Assembly (NCBI GenBank): GCA_030390025.1
Contig: CM059438.1
Coordinates: 55,554,001-55,618,000 of the forward strand
Direction: 5' to 3'
Length of the DNA: 64,000 bases
DNA from: Squalus acanthias
Taxonomy: Eukaryota
Shown here one piece after another: positions 35,801 to 49,000 of this stretch; the stretch's first letter is position 1; every line of letters starts with the position of its first letter. The notes beneath the pieces were generated by a model. It ran no database searches. It was not told where the DNA came from and saw nothing but the letters and a program-made list of their open reading frames with translations. A program made the position numbers and the translations under genes.

Positions 35801-36443
35801 CGGGGAGGGTCACTGGCTGTGGAACCTGTACGGCAGTGAGAGTCAGTGTTTGTGGAACCTGTACCCCAGTGAGAGTCAGTGTCAATGGAACTCGTACCCC
35901 AGGGAGAGTCAGTGCCCGATGAACCCATACACTCATGAGAGTCAGTGTCTGTGAAACCCATACACCATTGAGAATCAGTGTCTGTGGAACCCATACCCGA
36001 GTGAGAGTCAGTGCCCATGGAACTCGTACCCTAGTGACAGTCAGTGTCTGTGGAACCCGTACCCCAGTGAGAGTCAGTGTGTGTGGGACCCATACCCCAG
36101 TGAGAGTCAGTGCCTGTGAAACCCGTTCCCCAGTGAGAGTCAGTGCCCATGGAACTCGTACCCTAGTGACAGTCAGTGTCTGTGGAACCCGTACCCCAGT
36201 GAGAGTCAGTGTGTGTGGAACCTGTACCCCAGTGAGAGTCAGTGTCTGTGGAACCTGTACCCCAGTGAGAGTCAGTGCCCGAGGAACCCATACCCCAGTG
36301 AGGGTCAGTACCCGGAGAACCATTAGCCCAGTGAGAGTCAGTACCCCTTGACCTGTACCCTAGTGAGAGACGCTGTCCATGGAGCCGATACCCAGGGAGG
36401 GTACGTGCCTTTGGAGCCTGTACCCCAGTGTGAGTCAGTGCCC
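19126..36443 (+). repeat. Large higher-order duplication, 11,105-bp offset (~19.1-25.3 kb vs ~30.2-36.4 kb)
   Basis: Constant offset in ORF pairs 19349/30454, 20025/31130, 22001/33106, 23807/34912, 24830/35935, with near-identical translations; copies diverge at 25339/36444. Confidence 0.92.
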
Positions 36444-39400
36444 ATGGAACTCGTACCCCAGTGAGAGTCAGTGTCTGTGAAACCTGTACCCCAGTGAGAG
36501 TCAGTGCCCATTGAACTCGTATCCTAGTGACAGTCAGTGTCTGAGAAACCCGTACCCCAGTGACAGTCAGTGTCTGTGGAACCCGTACCCCAGTGAGAGT
36601 CAGTGTCTCTGGAACCCGTACCCCAGTGAGAGTCAGTGTCTGTGGAACCCATTCCCCAGTGAGAGTCAGTGCCTGTGAAACCGGTTCCCCAGTGAGAGTC
36701 AGTGTCTGTGGAACCCATACCCCAGTGACAGTCAGTGTCTGTGGAACCCGTACCCCAGTGAGAGTCAGTGTCTGTGGAACGAGTGCCCCAGTGAGAGTCA
36801 GTGTCTGTGGAACCAGTGCCCCAGTGAGAGTCAGTGCCTGTGAAACCCTTACCCCAGTGAGAGTCAGTGCCCATGGAACCCGTACCTCAGTGAAAGTCAG
36901 TGTCTGTGGAAGCCGTACCCCAGTGAGAGTCAGTGTCTGTCGAAACTGTACCACAGTGAGAGGCAGTGTCTGTGGGACCCGTACCCCAGTGAGAGTCAGT
37001 GTGTGTGGAACATGTACCCCAGTGAGAGTCAGTGTCTGTGGAACCTGTACCCCAGTGAGAGTCAGTGTCCGAGGAACCCGTACCCCAATGGGTTTCAGTA
37101 CTCCTGGACCCGTACCCCAGTGAGTGTCAGTGTCTGTGGAACCCGTACCCCAGTGAGAGTCAATGTGTATGGGACCCATACCCAAGTGATAGTCAGTGTC
37201 TGTGGAACTGTACCCCAGTGAGAGTCAGTGTGTGTGGGACCCATACCCCAGTGACAGTCAGTGCCTGTGAAACTCTTACCCCAGTGAGAGTCAGTGTGTG
37301 TGGGACCCATACCCCAGTGAGAGTCAGTGCCTGTGAAACCCGTTCCCCAGTGAGAGTCAGTGCACATGGAACTCGTACCCTAGTGACAGTCAGTGTCTGT
37401 GGAACCCGTACCCCAATGAGAGTCAGTGTGTGTGGGATTCATACCCCAGTGAGAGTCAGTGTCTGTGGAACCCATACCCCAGTGAGAGTCAGTGTCTGTG
37501 GGACCCGTACCCCAGGTGACAGTCAGTGCCTGTGAAACCCGTACCCCAGTGAGAGTCAGTGCCTGTGAAACCCTTACCCCAGTGAGAGTCAGTGTCTGTG
37601 GAACTGTAGCCCAGTGAGAGTCAGTGCCCATGGAACCCGTACCCCAGTGAGAGTCAGTGCCCATGGAACTTGTACCCCGGGGAGGGTCAGTGGCTGTGGA
37701 ACCTGTACCCCAGAGAGAGTCAGTGTTTGTGGAACCTGAACCCCAGTGAGAGTCAGTGTCTGTGGAACCTGTACCCCAGTGAGAGTCAGTGTCTGTGGAA
37801 CCCTTACCCCAGTGAGAGCCAGTGTCTGTGGAACCCATACCCCAGTGAGAGTCAGTGCCTGTGAAACCCTTACCCCAGTGAGAGTCAGTGCCTGTGGAAC
37901 CAGTGCCCCAGTGAGAGTCAGTGTCTGTGGAACCAGTGCCCCAGTGAGGGTCAGTGCCTGTGAAACCCTTACCTCAGTGAGAGTCAGTGCCCCTGGAACT
38001 TGTACCCTAGTGAGAGTCAGTGTCTGTGGAACCCGTACCCCAGTGAGAGTCAGTGTCTGTGGAATCTGTACCATAGTGAGAGTCAGTGTCTGTGGGACCC
38101 GTACACCAGTGAAAGTCAGTGTCTGCGGAACCTGTACCCGATTGAGAGTCAGGGCCCATTTAACTCGTTCCCCAGTGAGAGTCAGTGCCTGTGGAACCCG
38201 TACCCCAGTGAGAGTCAGTGCCCATGGAACTTGTACCCCGGGGAGGGTCAGTGGCTGTGGAACCTGTACCCCAGTGAGAGTCAGTGTTTGTGGAACCTGT
38301 ACCCCAGTGAGAGTCTGTGTCTGTGGAACCTGTACCCCAGTGAGAGTCAGTGTCTGTGGAACCCTTACCCCAGTGAGAGCCATTGTCTGTGGAACCCATA
38401 CCCCAGTGAGAGTCAGTGCCTGTGAAACCCTTACCCCAGTGAGAGTCAGTGCCTGTGGAACCAGTGCCCCAGAGAGGGTCAGTGTCTGTGGAAACCGTAC
38501 CCCAGTGAGAGTCAGTGTCTGTGGAAACTGTACCATAGTGAGAGTCAGTGTCTGTGGGACCCGTACCCCAGTGAGAGTCAGTGCCCATGGAACTTGTACC
38601 CCGGGGAGGGTCACTGGCTGTGGAACCTGTACGGCAGTGAGAGTCAGTGTTTGTGGAACCTGTACCCCAGTGAGAGTCAGTGTCAATGGAACTCGTACCC
38701 CAGGGAGAGTCAGTGCCCGATGAACCCATACACTCATGAGAGTCAGTGTCTGTGAAACCCATACACCATTGAGAATCAGTGTCTGTGGAACCCATACCCG
38801 AGTGAGAGTCAGTGCCATTGAACTCGTACCCTGTGACAGTCAGTGTCTGTGGAACCCGTACCCCAGTGAGAGTCAGTGTGTGTGGGACCCATACCCCAGT
38901 GAGAGTCAGTGCCTGTGAAACCCGATCCCAGTGAGAGTCAGTGCCATGGAACTCGTACCCTAGTGACAGTCCAGTGTCTGTGGAACCCGTACCCCAGTGA
39001 GAGTCAGTGTGTGTGGAACCGGTACCCCAGTGAGAGTCAGTGTCTGTGGAACCCGTACCCCAGTGGAGTCAGTGGCTGTGGACCCATACCCAGTGAGAGT
39101 CAGTGCTGTGGAAACCGTTCCCCAGTGAGAGTCAGTGCCCATGGAACTCGTAGCCATAGTGACAGTCAGTGTTGTGGAACCGTACCCCAGTGAGAGTCAG
39201 TGTGTGTGGAACCTGTACCCCAGTGAGAGTCCAGTGTCTGTGGAACCTGTACCCCAGTGAGAGTCAGTGCCGTGAAACCTGTACCCCAGTGAGAGTCAGT
39301 GCCCATTGAACTCGTATCCTAGTGACAGTCAGTGTCTGAGAAACCCGTACCCCAGTGACAGTCAGTGTCTGTGGAACCCGTACCCAGTGAGAGTCAGTGT

Positions 39401-40075
39401 CTCTGGGACCCGTACCCCAGTGAGAGTCAGTGTCTGTGGAACCCATTCCCCAGTGAGAGTCAGTGCCTGTGAAACCGGTTCCCCAGTGAGAGTCAGTGTC
39501 TGTGGAACCCATACCCCAGTGACAGTCAGTGTCTGTGGAACCCGTACCCCAGTGAGAGTCAGTGTCTGTGGAACGAGTGCCCCAGTGAGAGTCAGTGTCT
39601 GTGGAACCAGTGCCCCAGTGAGAGTCAGTGCCTGTGAAACCCTTACCCCAGTGAGAGTCAGTGCCCATGGAACCCGTACCTCAGTGAAAGTCAGTGTCTG
39701 TGGAAGCCGTACCCCAGTGAGAGTCAGTGTCTGTCGAAACTGTACCACAGTGAGAGGCAGTGTCTGTGGGACCCGTACCCCAGTGAGAGTCAGTGTGTGT
39801 GGAACATGTACCCCAGTGAGAGTCAGTGTCTGTGGAACCTGTACCCCAGTGAGAGTCAGTGTCCGAGGAACCCGTACCCCAATGGGTTTCAGTACTCCTG
39901 GACCCGTACCCCAGTGAGTGTCAGTGTCTGTGGAACCCGTACCCCAGTGAGAGTCAATGTGTATGGGACCCATACCCAAGTGATAGTCAGTGTCTGTGGA
40001 ACTGTACCCCAGTGAGAGTCAGTGTGTGTGGGACCCATACCCCAGTGACAGTCAGTGCCTGTGAAACTCTTACCC
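34450..40075 (+). repeat. Tandem higher-order duplication of ~2.8 kb
   Basis: ORF pairs 34546/37380 and 34912/37746 (offset 2,834) and 37003/39797 (offset 2,794). Confidence 0.8.
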
Positions 40076-43000
40076 CAGTGAGAGTCAGTGCTTGTGAAAC
40101 CCGTTCCCCAGTGAAAGTCAGTGTCTGTGGAACCCATACTCCAGTGAGAGTCAGTATCTGTGGAACCCATACCCCAGTGAGAGTCAGTGTCTGTGGAACC
40201 CATACCCCAGTGAGAGTCAGTGTCTGTGGAACCCATACTCCAGTGAGAGTCAGTATCTGTGGAACCCATACCCCAGTGAGAGTCAGTGCCTGTGGAACCT
40301 GTAACCCAGTGAGAGTCAGTGCCCTTGGAACTCGTACTCCAGGGAGAGTCAGTGCCCGAGGAACCCATACACCAGTGAGAGTCAGTGTCTGTGAAACCCA
40401 TACCCCAGTGAGAATCAGTGTCTGTGGAACCCATACCCCAGTGAGAGTCAGTGCCCATGGAACTCGTACCCTAGTGACAGTCAGTGTCTATGGAACCCGT
40501 ACCCCAGTGAGAGTCAGTGTGTGTGGGACCCATACCCCAGTGAGAGTCAGTGCCTGTGAAACCCGTTCCCCAGTGAGAGTCACTGCCCATGGAACTCGTA
40601 CCCTAGTGAGAGACAGTGTTTGTGGAACCCGTACCCCAGTGAGAATCAGTGTCTGTGGAACCCGTACCCCAGTGAGAGTCAGTGCCCATGGAACCCGTAC
40701 CCCAGTGACAGTCTATGTTTGCGGAACCTGTACCCAGTGAGAGTCAGTGCCTGTGGAACCCATACATCAGTGAGAGTCAGTGCCTGTGGAACCCATACAT
40801 CAGTGAGAGTCAGTGCCTGTGGAACCCATACCCCAGTGAGAGTGAGTGCCTGTGGAACCTGTACCCCAGTGAGAGTCAGTGTCTGTGGAACCCGTACCCC
40901 AGTGAGCGGCAGTGCCTGTGGAACCCGAACCCTAGTGACAGTCAGTGTCTGTGGAAACCGTACCCCAGTGACAGTCAGTGCCTGTGAAACCCATACCCCA
41001 GTGAGAGTCAGTGCCCATGGAACTCGTACCCTAGTGACAGTCAGTGCCTGCGAAACCCGTACCCCAGTGAGAGTCAGTGCCTGTGAAACCCTTACCCCAG
41101 TGAGAGTCAGTGTCTGTGGAACCCGTACCCCAGTGAGAGTCAGTGTCTGTGGAACCCGTACCCCATTGAGAGTCAATGTGTGTGGGACCCATACCCAAGT
41201 GATAGTCAGTGTCTGTGGAACTGTACCCCAGTGAGAGTCAGTGCCCATGGAACCCGTACCCCAGTGTGAGTCAGTGCCTGTGGAACCCGTACCCTAGTGA
41301 CAGTCAGTGTCTGTGGAACCCGTACCCCAGTGTCAGTCAGTGCCTGTGAAACTCGTACCCCAGTGAGAGTCAGGGTGTGTGGGACTCATACCCCAGTGAG
41401 AGTCAGTGTCTGTGGAACCCATACCCCAGTGAGAGTCAGTGTCTGTGTGACCCGTACGCCAGGTGACAGTCAGTGCCTGTGAAACTCTTACCCCAGTGAG
41501 AGTCAGTGTCTGTGGAACAGTAGCCCAGTGAGAGTCAGTGCCCATGGAACCCGTACCCCAGTGAGAGTCAGTGCCCATGGAACTTGTACCCCGAGGAGGG
41601 TCAGTGCCTGTGGAACCTGTACCCCAGTGTGAGTCAGTGTTTGTGGAACCCATACCCCAGTGAGAGTCAGTGCCTGTGAAACCCGTGTCCCAGTGAGAGT
41701 CAGTGCCTTTGGAGCCTGTACCCGAGTGAGAGTCAGTGCCCATGGAATTCGTACCCCAGGGAGAGTCAGTGTCTGTGGAACCACTGCCCCAGTGAGAGTC
41801 AGTGTCTGTGAAACCAGTGCCCCAGTGAGAGTCAGTGCCTGTGAAACCCTTACCCAGTGAGAGTAAGTGCCCATGGAACCCGTACCTCAGTGAAAGTCAG
41901 TGTCTGTGGAACCCGTACCACAGTGAGAGTCAGTGTCTGTGGAAACTGTACCACAGTGAGAATCAGTGTCTGTGGAACCCGTTCCCCAGTGAGAGTCAGT
42001 GCCTGTGAAATCGGTTCCCCAGTGAGAGTCAGTGTCTGTGGAACCCATACCCCAGTGACAGTCAGTGTCTGTGGAAACTGTACCACAGTGAGAGTCAGTG
42101 TCTGTGGGACCTGTACCCCAGTGAGAGGCAGTGTGTGTGGAACTTGTACCCCAGTGAGAGTCAGTGTCTGTGGAACCTGTACCCCAGTGACAGTCAGTGT
42201 CTGTGGAAACTGTACCACAGTGAGAGTCAGTGTCTGTGGAACTCGTACCCCAGTGATAGTCAGTGCCTGTGGAACCTGTACCCGAGTGAGAGTCAGTGCC
42301 TGTGGAACCCGTACCCCAGTGACAGGCCATGCCCAAGAACCCGTACCCCAGTGACAGTCCCTGCCCAAGGACCCGTACCCCAGTGACAGTCCCTGCCCAA
42401 GGAACCATACCCCAGCGACAGTCCCTGCCCAAGGACCCGCACCCCAGTGACAGCCCCTGCCCAAGGACCCGTACTCCAGTGACAGTCCCTGCCCAAGGAC
42501 CCATACCCCAGCGACAGTCCCTGCCCAAGGACCCGTACCCCAGTGACAGTCACTGCCCTAGGGCCCGTACCCAAGTGAGAGACAGTGCCCAAGGACCCGT
42601 ACCCCAGTGAGAGACAGTGCCCAAGGACCCGTACCCCAGTGACAGTCCCGGCCCAAGGACCCGTACCCCAGTGACAGTCACTGCCCAAGGGCCCGTACCC
42701 CAGTGAGAGTCAAAGCCTGTAATACCTATACTCCAGTGAGAATCAGTGTCTGTGGAACTCGTAACCCAGTGAGAGTCAGTGTCTGTGGAATTCGTACCCC
42801 AGTGAGAGTCAGTGCCTGTGAAACCCGTACCCCAGTGAGAGTCAGTGCCCATGGAACTCGTACCCTAGTGACAGTCAGTGTATGTGGAACACGTACCCCA
42901 GTGAGAGTCAGTGTGTGTGGGACTCATACCCCAGTGAGAGTCAGTGTCTGTGGAACCCATACCCCAGTGAGAGTCAGTGTCTGTGGGACCCGTACCCCAG

Positions 43001-46000
43001 TGAGAGTCAGTGTCTGTGGGACCCGTACCCCAGTGACAGTCAGTGTCTGTGAAACCCATACCCCAGTGAGAATCAGTGTCTGTGGGACTCATACCCCAGT
43101 GAGAGTCAGTGCCTGTGAAACCAGTTCCCCAGTGAGAGTCAGTGCCCATGGAACTTGTACCCTAGTGACAGTCAGTGTCTGTGGAATACGTACCCCAGTG
43201 AGAGTCAGTGTGTGTGGAACACATACCCCAGTGACAGACCCTGCCGAAGGAACCGTACCCCAGTGACAGTCCCTGCCCAAGGACACGTACCCCAGTGACA
43301 GTCCTTGCCCAAGGACCCGTACCCCAGTGACAGTCCCTGCCCAAGGACCCATACCCCAGTTACAGTCCCTGCCCAAGGGCCCGTACCCCAGTGACAGCCC
43401 CTGCCCAAGGACCCGTACCCCACTGACAGTCACTGCCCAAGGGCCCGTACCCCAGTGAGAGTCAAAGCCTGTAATGCCCATACCCCAGTGAAAGTCAGTG
43501 TCTGTGGAACTCGTACCCCAGTGAGAGTCAGTGTCTGTGGAACTTGTACCCCAGTGAGTGTCAGTGCCTGCGGAACTATACCCCAGTGAGAGTCAGTGCC
43601 TGTGAAACCCGTTCCCCAGTGAGAGTCAAAGCCTGTAATGCCCATACCCCAGTGAAAGTCAGTGTCTGTGGAACTCGTACCCCAGTGAGAGTCAGTGTCT
43701 GTGGAACTTGTACCCCAGGGAGAGTCAGTGCCCGAGGAACCCATACACCAGTGAGAGTCAGTGTCTGTGAAACCCATACCCCAGTGAGAATCAATTTCTG
43801 TGGAACCCATACCCCAGTGAGAGTCAGTGCCCATGGAACTCGTACCCTAGTGACAGTCAGTATCTGTGGAACCCGTACCCCAGTGAGAGTCAGTGTGTGT
43901 GGGACCCATACCCCAGTGAGAGTCAGTGCCTGTGAAACCCGTTCCCCAGTGAGAGTCAGTGCACATGGAACTCGTACCCTAGTGACAGTCAGTGTCTGTG
44001 GAACCCGTACCCCAATGAGAGTCAGTGTGTGTGGGATTCATACCCCAGTGAGAGTCAGTGGCTGTGAAACCCGTACCCCAGTGAGAGTCAGTGTCTGTGG
44101 GACCCGTACCCCAGGTGACAGTCAGTGCCTGTGAAACCCGTACCCCAGTGAGAGTCAGTGCCTGTGAAACCCTTACCCCAGTGAGAGTCAGTGTCTGTGG
44201 AACTGTAGCCCAGTGAGAGTCAGTGCCCATGGAACCCGTACCCCAGTGAGAGTCAGTGCCCATGGAACTTGTACCCCGGGGAGGGTCAGTGGCTGTGGAA
44301 CCTGTACCCCAGAGAGAGTCAGTGTTTGTGGAACCTGAACCCCAGTGAGAGTCAGTGTCTGTGGAACCTGTACCCCAGTGAGAGTCAGTGTCTGTGGAAC
44401 CCTTACCCCAGTGAGAGCCAGTGTCTGTGGAACCCATACCCCAGTGAGAGTCAGTGCCTGTGAAACCCTTACCCCAGTGAGAGTCAGTGCCTGTGGAACC
44501 AGTGCCCCAGTGAGAGTCAGTGTCTGTGGAACCAGTGCCCAGTGAGGGTCAGTGCCTGTGAAACCCTTACCTCAGTGAGAGTCAGTGCCCCTGGAACTTG
44601 TACCCTAGTGAGAGTCAGTGTCTGTGGAACCCGTACCCCAGTGAGAGTCAGTGTCTGTGGAATCTGTACCATAGTGAGAGTCAGTGTCTGTGGGACCCGT
44701 ACACCAGTGAGAGTCAGTGTGTGTGGAACTTGTACCCCAGTGAAAGTCAGTGTCTGCGGAACCTGTACCCGATTGAGAGTCAGGGCCCATTTAACTCGTT
44801 CCCCAGTGAGAGTCAGTGCCTGTGGAACCCGTACCCCAGTGAGAGTCAGTGCCCATGGAACTTGTACCCCGGGGAGGGTCAGTGGCTGTGGAACCTGTAC
44901 CCCAGTGAGAGTCAGTGTTTGTGGAACCTGTACCCCAGTGAGAGTCAGTGTCTGTGGAACCTGTACCCCAGTGAGAGTCAGTGTCTGTGGAACCCTTACC
45001 CCAGTGAGAGCCATTGTCTGTGGAACCCATACCCCAGTGAGAGTCAGTGCCTGTGAAACCCTTACCCCAGTGAGAGTCAGTGCCTGTGGAACCAGTGCCC
45101 CAGAGAGGGTCAGTGTCTGTGGAACCAGTGCCCCAGTGAGAGTCAGTGCCTGTGAAACCCTTACCTCAGTGAGAGTCAGTGCCCCTGGAACTTGTACCCT
45201 AGTGAGAGTCAGTTCTGTGGAAACCGTACCCCAGTGAGAGTCAGTGTCTGTGGAAACTGTACCATAGTGAGAGTCAGTGTCTGTGGGACCCGTACCCCAG
45301 TGAGAGTCAGTGCCCATGGAACTCGTACCCCAGGGAGAGTCAGTGCCCGATGAACCCATACACTCATGAGAGTCAGTGTCTGTGAAACCCATACACCATT
45401 GAGAATCAGTGTCTGTGGAACCCATACCCGAGTGAGAGTCAGTGCCCATGGAACTCGTACCCTAGTGACAGTCAGTGTCTGTGGAACCCGTACCCCAGTG
45501 AGAGTCAGTGTGTGTGGGACCCATACCCCAGTGAGAGTCAGTGCCTGTGAAACCCGTTCCCCAGTGAGAGTCAGTGCCCATGGAACTCGTACCCTAGTGA
45601 CAGTCAGTGTCTGTGGAACCCGTACCCCAGTGAGAGTCAGTGTGTGTGGAACCTGTACCCCAGTGAGAGTCAGTGTCTGTGGAACCCGTACCCCAGTGAG
45701 AGTCAGTGTGTGTGGGACCCATACCCCAGTGAGAGTCAGTGCCTGTGAAACCCGTTCCCCAGTGAGAGTCAGTGCCCATGGAACTCGTACCCTAGTGACA
45801 GTCAGTGTCTGTGGAACCCGTACCCCAGTGAGAGTCAGTGTGTGTGGAACCTGTACCCCAGTGAGAGTCAGTGTCTGTGGAACCTGTACCCCAGTGAGAG
45901 TCAGTGCCCGAGGAACCCATACCCCAGTGAGGGTCAGTACCCGGAGAACCATTAGCCCAGTGAGAGTCAGTACCCCTTGACCTGTACCCTAGTGAGAGAC

Positions 46001-49000
46001 GCTGTCCATGGAGCCGATACCCAGGGAGGGTACGTGCCTTTGGAGCCTGTACCCCAGTGTGAGTCAGTGCCCATGGAACTCGTACCCCAGTGAGAGTCAG
46101 TGTCTGAGAAACCCGTACCCCAGTGACAGTCAGTGTCTGTGGAACCCGTACCCCAGTGAGAGTCAGTGTCTCTGGAACCCGTACCCCAGTGACAGTCAGT
46201 GTCTGTGGAACCCATTCCCCAGTGAGAGTCAGTGCCTGTGAAACCGGTTCCCCAGTGAGAGTCAGTGTCTGTGGAACCCATACCCCAGTGACAGTCAGTG
46301 TCTGTGGAACCCGTACCCCAGTGAGAGTCAGTGTCTGTGGAACGAGTGCCCCAGTGAGAGTCAGTGTCTGTGGAACCAGTGCCCCAGTGAGAGTCAGTGC
46401 CTGTGAAACCCTTACCCCAGTGAGAGTCAGTGCCCATGGAACCCGTACCTCAGTGAAAGTCAGTGTCTGTGGAAGCCGTACCCCAGTGAGAGTCAGTGTC
46501 TGTCGAAACTGTACCACAGTGAGAGGCAGTGTCTGTGGGACCCGTACCCCAGTGAGAGTCAGTGTGTGTGGAACATGTACCCCAGTGAGAGTCAGTGTCT
46601 GTGGAACCTGTACCCCAGTGAGAGTCAGTGTCCGAGGAACCCGTACCCCAATGTGTTTCAGTACTCCTGGACCCGTACCCCAGTGAGTGTCAGTTGTTGT
46701 AGAACCATTAGGCCAGTGAGAGTCATTACTCCTGGACCTGTACCCTAGTGAGAGTCACTGTACATGGAACCTATACACAGGGAGGGTAGGTGCTTTTGGA
46801 GCCTGTACGCCAGTGAGAGTCAGTGCCCATGTAACTCGTACCGCTGGGAGAGTCAGTGTCTGTGGAACACATACCCAATGAAAGTCAGTGTCTATGGAAC
46901 CTGTACCCCAGTGAGAGTCAGTGCCCCTGGAACTCGTCCCCTAGTGAGAGTCAGTGTCTGTGGAACCCGTAACCCAGTGAGAATCAGTGTCTCTGGAACC
47001 CATACCCCAGTGAGAGTCAGTGACCCTGGAACTCGTACCCTAGTGACAGCCAGTGTCTGTGGAGCCCGTACCCCAGTGAGAGTCAGTGTGTGTGGGACCC
47101 ATACCCCAGTGACAGTCAGTGCCTGTGAAACTCTTACCCCAGTGAGAGTCAGTGCTTGTGAAACCCGTTCCCCAGTGAAAGTCAGTGTCTGTGGAACCCA
47201 TACTCCAGTGAGAGTCAGTATCTGTGGAACCCATACCCCAGTGAGAGTCAGTGCCTGTGGAACCTGTAACCCAGTGAGAGTCAGTGCCCTTGGAACTCGT
47301 ACTCCAGGGAGAGTCAGTGCCCGAGGAACCCATACACCAGTGAGAGTCAGTGTCTGTGAAACCCATACCCCAGTGAGAATCAGTGTCTGTGGAACCCATA
47401 CCCCAGTGAGAGTCAGTGCCCATGGAACTCGTACCCTAGTGACAGTCAGTGTCTATGGAACCCGTACCCCAGTGAGAGTCAGTGTGTGTGGGACCCATAC
47501 CCCAGTGAGAGTCAGTGCCTGTGAAACCCGTTCCCCAGTGAGAGTCACTGCCCATGGAATTCGTACCCTAGTGAGAGACAGTGTTTGTGGAACCCGTTCC
47601 CCAGTGAGAGTCACTGCCCATGGAACTCGTACCCTAGTGACAGTCAGTGTCTGTGGAACCCGTACCCCAGTGAGAGTCAGTGTGTGTGGAACCCGTACCC
47701 CAGTGAGAGTCAGTGTCTGTGGAACCTGTACCCCAGTGAGAGTCAGTGCCCGAGGAACCCATACCCCAGTGAGGGTCAGTACCCGGAGAACCATTAGCCC
47801 AGTGAGAGTCAGTACCCCTTGACCTGTACCCTAGTGAGAGACGCTGTCCATGGAGCCGATACCCAGGGAGGGTACGTGCCTTTGGAGCCTGTACCCCAGT
47901 GTGAGTCAGTGCCCATGGAACTCGTACCCCAGTGAGAGTCAGTGTCTGTGAAACCTGTACCCCAGTGAGAGTCAGTGCCCATTGAACTCGTATCCTAGTG
48001 ACAGTCAGTGTCTGAGAAACCCGTACCCCAGTGACAGTCAGTGTCTGTGGAACCCGTACCCCAGTGAGAGTCAGTGTCTCTGGAACCCGTACCCCAGTGA
48101 GAGTCAGTGTCTGTGGAACCCATTCCCCAGTGAGAGTCAGTGCCTGTGAAACCGGTTCCCCAGTGAGAGTCAGTGTCTGTGGAACCCATACCCCAGTGAC
48201 AGTCAGTGTCTGTGGAACCCGTACCCCAGTGAGAGTCAGTGTCTGTGGAACGAGTGCCCCAGTGAGAGTCAGTGTCTGTGGAACCAGTGCCCCAGTGAGA
48301 GTCAGTGCCTGTGAAACCCTTACCCCAGTGAGAGTCAGTGCCCATGGAACCCGTACCTCAGTGAAAGTCAGTGTCTGTGGAAGCCGTACCCCAGTGAGAG
48401 TCAGTGTCTGTCGAAACTGTACCACAGTGAGAGGCAGTGTCTGTGGGACCCGTACCCCAGTGAGAGTCAGTGTGTGTGGAACATGTACCCCAGTGAGAGT
48501 CAGTGTCTGTGGAACCTGTACCCCAGTGAGAGTCAGTGTCCGAGGAACCCGTACCCCAATGGGTTTCAGTACTCCTGGACCCGTACCCCAGTGAGTGTCA
48601 GTTGCTGTAGAACCATTAGGCCAGTGAGAGTCATTACTCCTGGACCTGTACCCTAGTGAGAGTCACTGTACATGGAACCTATACACAGGGAGGGTAGGTG
48701 CCTTTGGAGCCTGTACGCCAGTGAGAGTCAGTGCCCATGTAACTCGTACCGCTGGGAGAGTCAGTGTCTGTGGAACACATACCCAATGAAAGTCAGTGTC
48801 TATGGAACCTGTACCCCAGTGAGAGTCAGTGCCCCTGGAACTCGTCCCCTAGTGAGAGTCAGTGTCTGTGGAACCCGTAACCCAGTGAGAATCAGTGTCT
48901 CTGGAACCCATACCCCAGTGAGAGTCAGTGACCCTGGAACTCGTACCCTAGTGACAGCCAGTGTCTGTGGAGCCCGTACCCCAGTGAGAGTCAGTGTGTG

